Origin: a virus | Direction: 5' to 3' (one strand) | Virus record (IMG/VR): IMGVR_UViG_3300027969_000087 | Coordinates: 4,040 to 68,039 of that record | Length of the DNA stretch: 64,000 nucleotides | Part shown: positions 62,019 to 64,000 of the stretch, piece by piece | Layout of the letters: the number at the start of each line of letters is the position of its first letter | Numbering within the stretch: position 1 is the first letter of the stretch | Translations under genes and position numbers: made by a program | Notes under the pieces: model-generated | The model's input: the letters and a program-made list of their open reading frames with translations, nothing else | Databases searched by the model: none | What the model was told of the DNA's origin: nothing

Positions 62019-63797
62019 TTAAGCTGACGCATTGCCAGTAATTTGGCCAATAGTAATTAATACAAATTCTGCCGGGTACTCTAGAGCAACACCGATTTGA
62101 ATATTGACACGTCCATTTGCAATGTCCGTCTCAGTAGTAGTGCTTGAATCACACTTTACAAAGAAAGCTTCATCAGTAGTTGAGCCTCGAAGACCACCCT
62201 GTTGCCAGTATGAGTTCAAGAAAGAAGACAAACTTGATTGGATTCTACCCCACAAGTGTGGGTCATTATTCTCAAATACAGCAAAAGCGCTTCTATCTGT
62301 AAGCTCACGCTTCAAGTAAATCAAACCACGACGTACGCTAATGTAACGATCAGACTTATTAGTGCTGAGTGTACGACCACCCATTACGACAATACCATTT
62401 CCTGGGGTAACCTTAATAGCATTAATGGCGTTTGTAGCCTGATTTAGGTCATCCAAGTTTTGGTTAGTCAAAGACGTAGCAAGACCCAAAACATTTGAGA
62501 GTCTAGTGCTGTATCCTGCAGGGGCAGTGAATACTCCGCGAGAAGTGTCATTCTTTTGGTAGATGCCTGCAATAGCGCCACCAGGAGCTACGCTAGTTGT
62601 AAGACCACGAACAGACTTGCTTGTATCTGGAATAGTTAGCCATGGGAAGTAAAGAGCTGACTGCTTACCTGACAAAGATCCTGTGGTAAGGACACTTCCT
62701 GCGTAAGTTGCTGCAGTAGAAACTGTTGCGTCATTGTGTGGGTCAACAATTACAAAAGCATCTCCACGAGTTTCAGCGTAGCTAATAAGCGAGTTAACAG
62801 CCGTTGCCGAGTTAGTCGTGGTCCACGTGGTGCTGGTTACGCTAACATCAGGTAGGTTGAAGATCAATGGACCATTGATTGTATCAAAGTCAGCCCAAGT
62901 TGTTGCACCAAGCTCTGTTGTAGTGATAGTAGAAGAACCATCAGTGCCAGAGCTAAGTGCGGTAAGGGTATCGCTATTAAGAGCTACAGCACCAGTCTTA
63001 AGGTCTGCAACAGTTACATAATTTGATAGCTGGTTAACAATGCTTGCAAAGTAGTTTGCATCAGTAGTAGTCATGCTTAGATCAGTAAACTGCTCCAGTA
63101 CGTTACTACGTGAAGGTGTTGTGCTACCCAAAGGTGCACCATATACAGTAAAGCTAAACCGAGACGCGGTACCAACAATGTCTACTGCAATATTATTTCC
63201 CCAAGTACCTGAGCTATCAGCAATAACACTGAAAGTAGGTGTAGACGCGGCGCTATTTAGCTGAATACCTGCCTTCAAACTACGAATAACCGAACCACCA
63301 GTAGGGGTTGTAGTAGCAGCAGTGCTAGGAAGCTTAATAGTAAACGATAGTGTTGTAGAAATAGAATCAACAACCCATGTTCCATTTACTGCAGTATTTC
63401 CAGTCCAACCGGATAGAGTAACAGTTTGACCAACAGTAAACGCATGTGTGGCTGTAATTGTCGCTGTCTTTACTGCACCAGCTGAGCCTGCAATAGCAAT
63501 TGAAGGTGAAGTAAGTGCAGTATTAGCGTTCTTTGTAACTCTGCGGATGTAAGCATTACGACCACCATTAGCAAAGAACATGTATGCCGCAAGAGTCGTA
63601 GGAATGTTGTAGTCAATCCCACCAAAGTAAGTATTAAAGTCTGCCCATGAAGTTACATAGGTAGGTGTTTCAGGACCCTTTGGAAGGTAACCAATAAACG
63701 CAGCAACAGCATTAGATGATGTTGGTACTACGATGTTTTGTTGTACAAGGTTTTCTTGTAGAAATACGCCCGGACGTCCGAGGCCGTAAGCTGTCAT
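62019..63797 (-). CDS. contractile tail sheath protein
   Basis: RPGVF, FFANGG, YFPW, RGVFTAPAG, GGRTL, YISVRR, VFENND, PAEF. Confidence 0.95.
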   Translation of the reverse strand: MTAYGLGRPGVFLQENLVQQNIVVPTSSNAVAAFIGYLPKGPETPTYVTSWADFNTYFGGIDYNIPTTLAAYMFFANGGRNAYIRRVTKNANTALTSPSIAIAGSAGAVKTATITATHAFTVGQTVTLSGWTGNTAVNGTWVVDSISTTLSFTIKLPSTAATTTPTGGSVIRSLKAGIQLNSAASTPTFSVIADSSGTWGNNIAVDIVGTASRFSFTVYGAPLGSTTPSRSNVLEQFTDLSMTTTDANYFASIVNQLSNYVTVADLKTGAVALNSDTLTALSSGTDGSSTITTTELGATTWADFDTINGPLIFNLPDVSVTSTTWTTTNSATAVNSLISYAETRGDAFVIVDPHNDATVSTAATYAGSVLTTGSLSGKQSALYFPWLTIPDTSKSVRGLTTSVAPGGAIAGIYQKNDTSRGVFTAPAGYSTRLSNVLGLATSLTNQNLDDLNQATNAINAIKVTPGNGIVVMGGRTLSTNKSDRYISVRRGLIYLKRELTDRSAFAVFENNDPHLWGRIQSSLSSFLNSYWQQGGLRGSTTDEAFFVKCDSSTTTETDIANGRVNIQIGVALEYPAEFVLITIGQITGNASA

Positions 63798-63847
63798 AAT
63801 TTAGCTCCTTAAGCTAATAGTTTTTATTCTTGTGGGTCCGAGTCGTG

Positions 63848-64000
63848 CTACGGTTGTGTGACCGATTCATTTATAACTGAGGTTAAAGTAGGATTAACCA
63901 CAGTTATCGTTGGGGAGTTAGCAATGAGAGTACTAGAAAGTATCTCGGCACTAACTCTTATTGTAAAGACATTTACGTAAAGGCGCTTGCCTTGCTCCGT
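63848..64000 (-). CDS. 3' end of upstream tail/neck gene (truncated by window edge)
   Basis: Open frame TEQGKRLYVNVFTIRVSAEI...QP ending at TAG 63848-63850. Confidence 0.55.
   Translation of the reverse strand, partial: TEQGKRLYVNVFTIRVSAEILSSTLIANSPTITVVNPTLTSVINESVTQP

Noticed and set aside
44805-63797. Bacterial contractile injection system (eCIS/tailocin) rather than a phage tail
   Set aside because: Contiguous with a complete phage replication module, tRNAs and early genes; no host housekeeping genes in the window
10622-64000. Numerous plus-strand ORFs of 60-170 aa
   Set aside because: Antisense shadows of well-supported minus-strand genes, with no SD or recognisable motifs

Overview
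This window is part of a large tailed bacteriophage genome with a contractile tail (myovirus). The host is almost certainly an actinobacterium, given two WhiB genes, an MSMEG_6728-like gene and DUF4192-like genes. No capsid, portal, terminase, integrase or clear endolysin is in the window. Bases 1-10.6 kb are a plus-strand block of small early/accessory genes, a MoxR-type AAA+/VWA pair, two tRNAs (CAT and TCT anticodons), an orphan HicA-like gene and several highly structured intergenic segments. From 10.6 kb to the end everything is on the minus strand. In transcription order: tail sheath, tube, chaperone, tape measure (lytic transglycosylase-like + M23), baseplate and fibre genes (64-44.5 kb); a replication/recombination module with initiator, DnaC-like loader, DnaB, primase, SNF2, SSB, family A polymerase, RecA, resolvases, dNMP kinase and SpoVS (44.5-27 kb); a variable region with a phosphoesterase, two ADP-ribosyltransferases, a GNAT and many Cys-rich or charged proteins (27-15.6 kb); a nucleotidyltransferase/HAD/TGT-like trio; and a class II ribonucleotide reductase. 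The most unusual signals are: (i) seven copies of a 13-nt motif CCRACRTAAACAA confined to the early region; (ii) a ~290-nt and a ~150-nt candidate structured ncRNA; (iii) a C-x2-C-x9-C-x-C tag shared by unrelated effector-like proteins (ART, GNAT), plus a shared N-terminal leader in two other proteins; (iv) hairpins exposing anti-Shine-Dalgarno sequence; (v) a candidate +1 UUU_CGA frameshift in the tail chaperone gene. All family calls come from motif recognition by eye, not from database searches.
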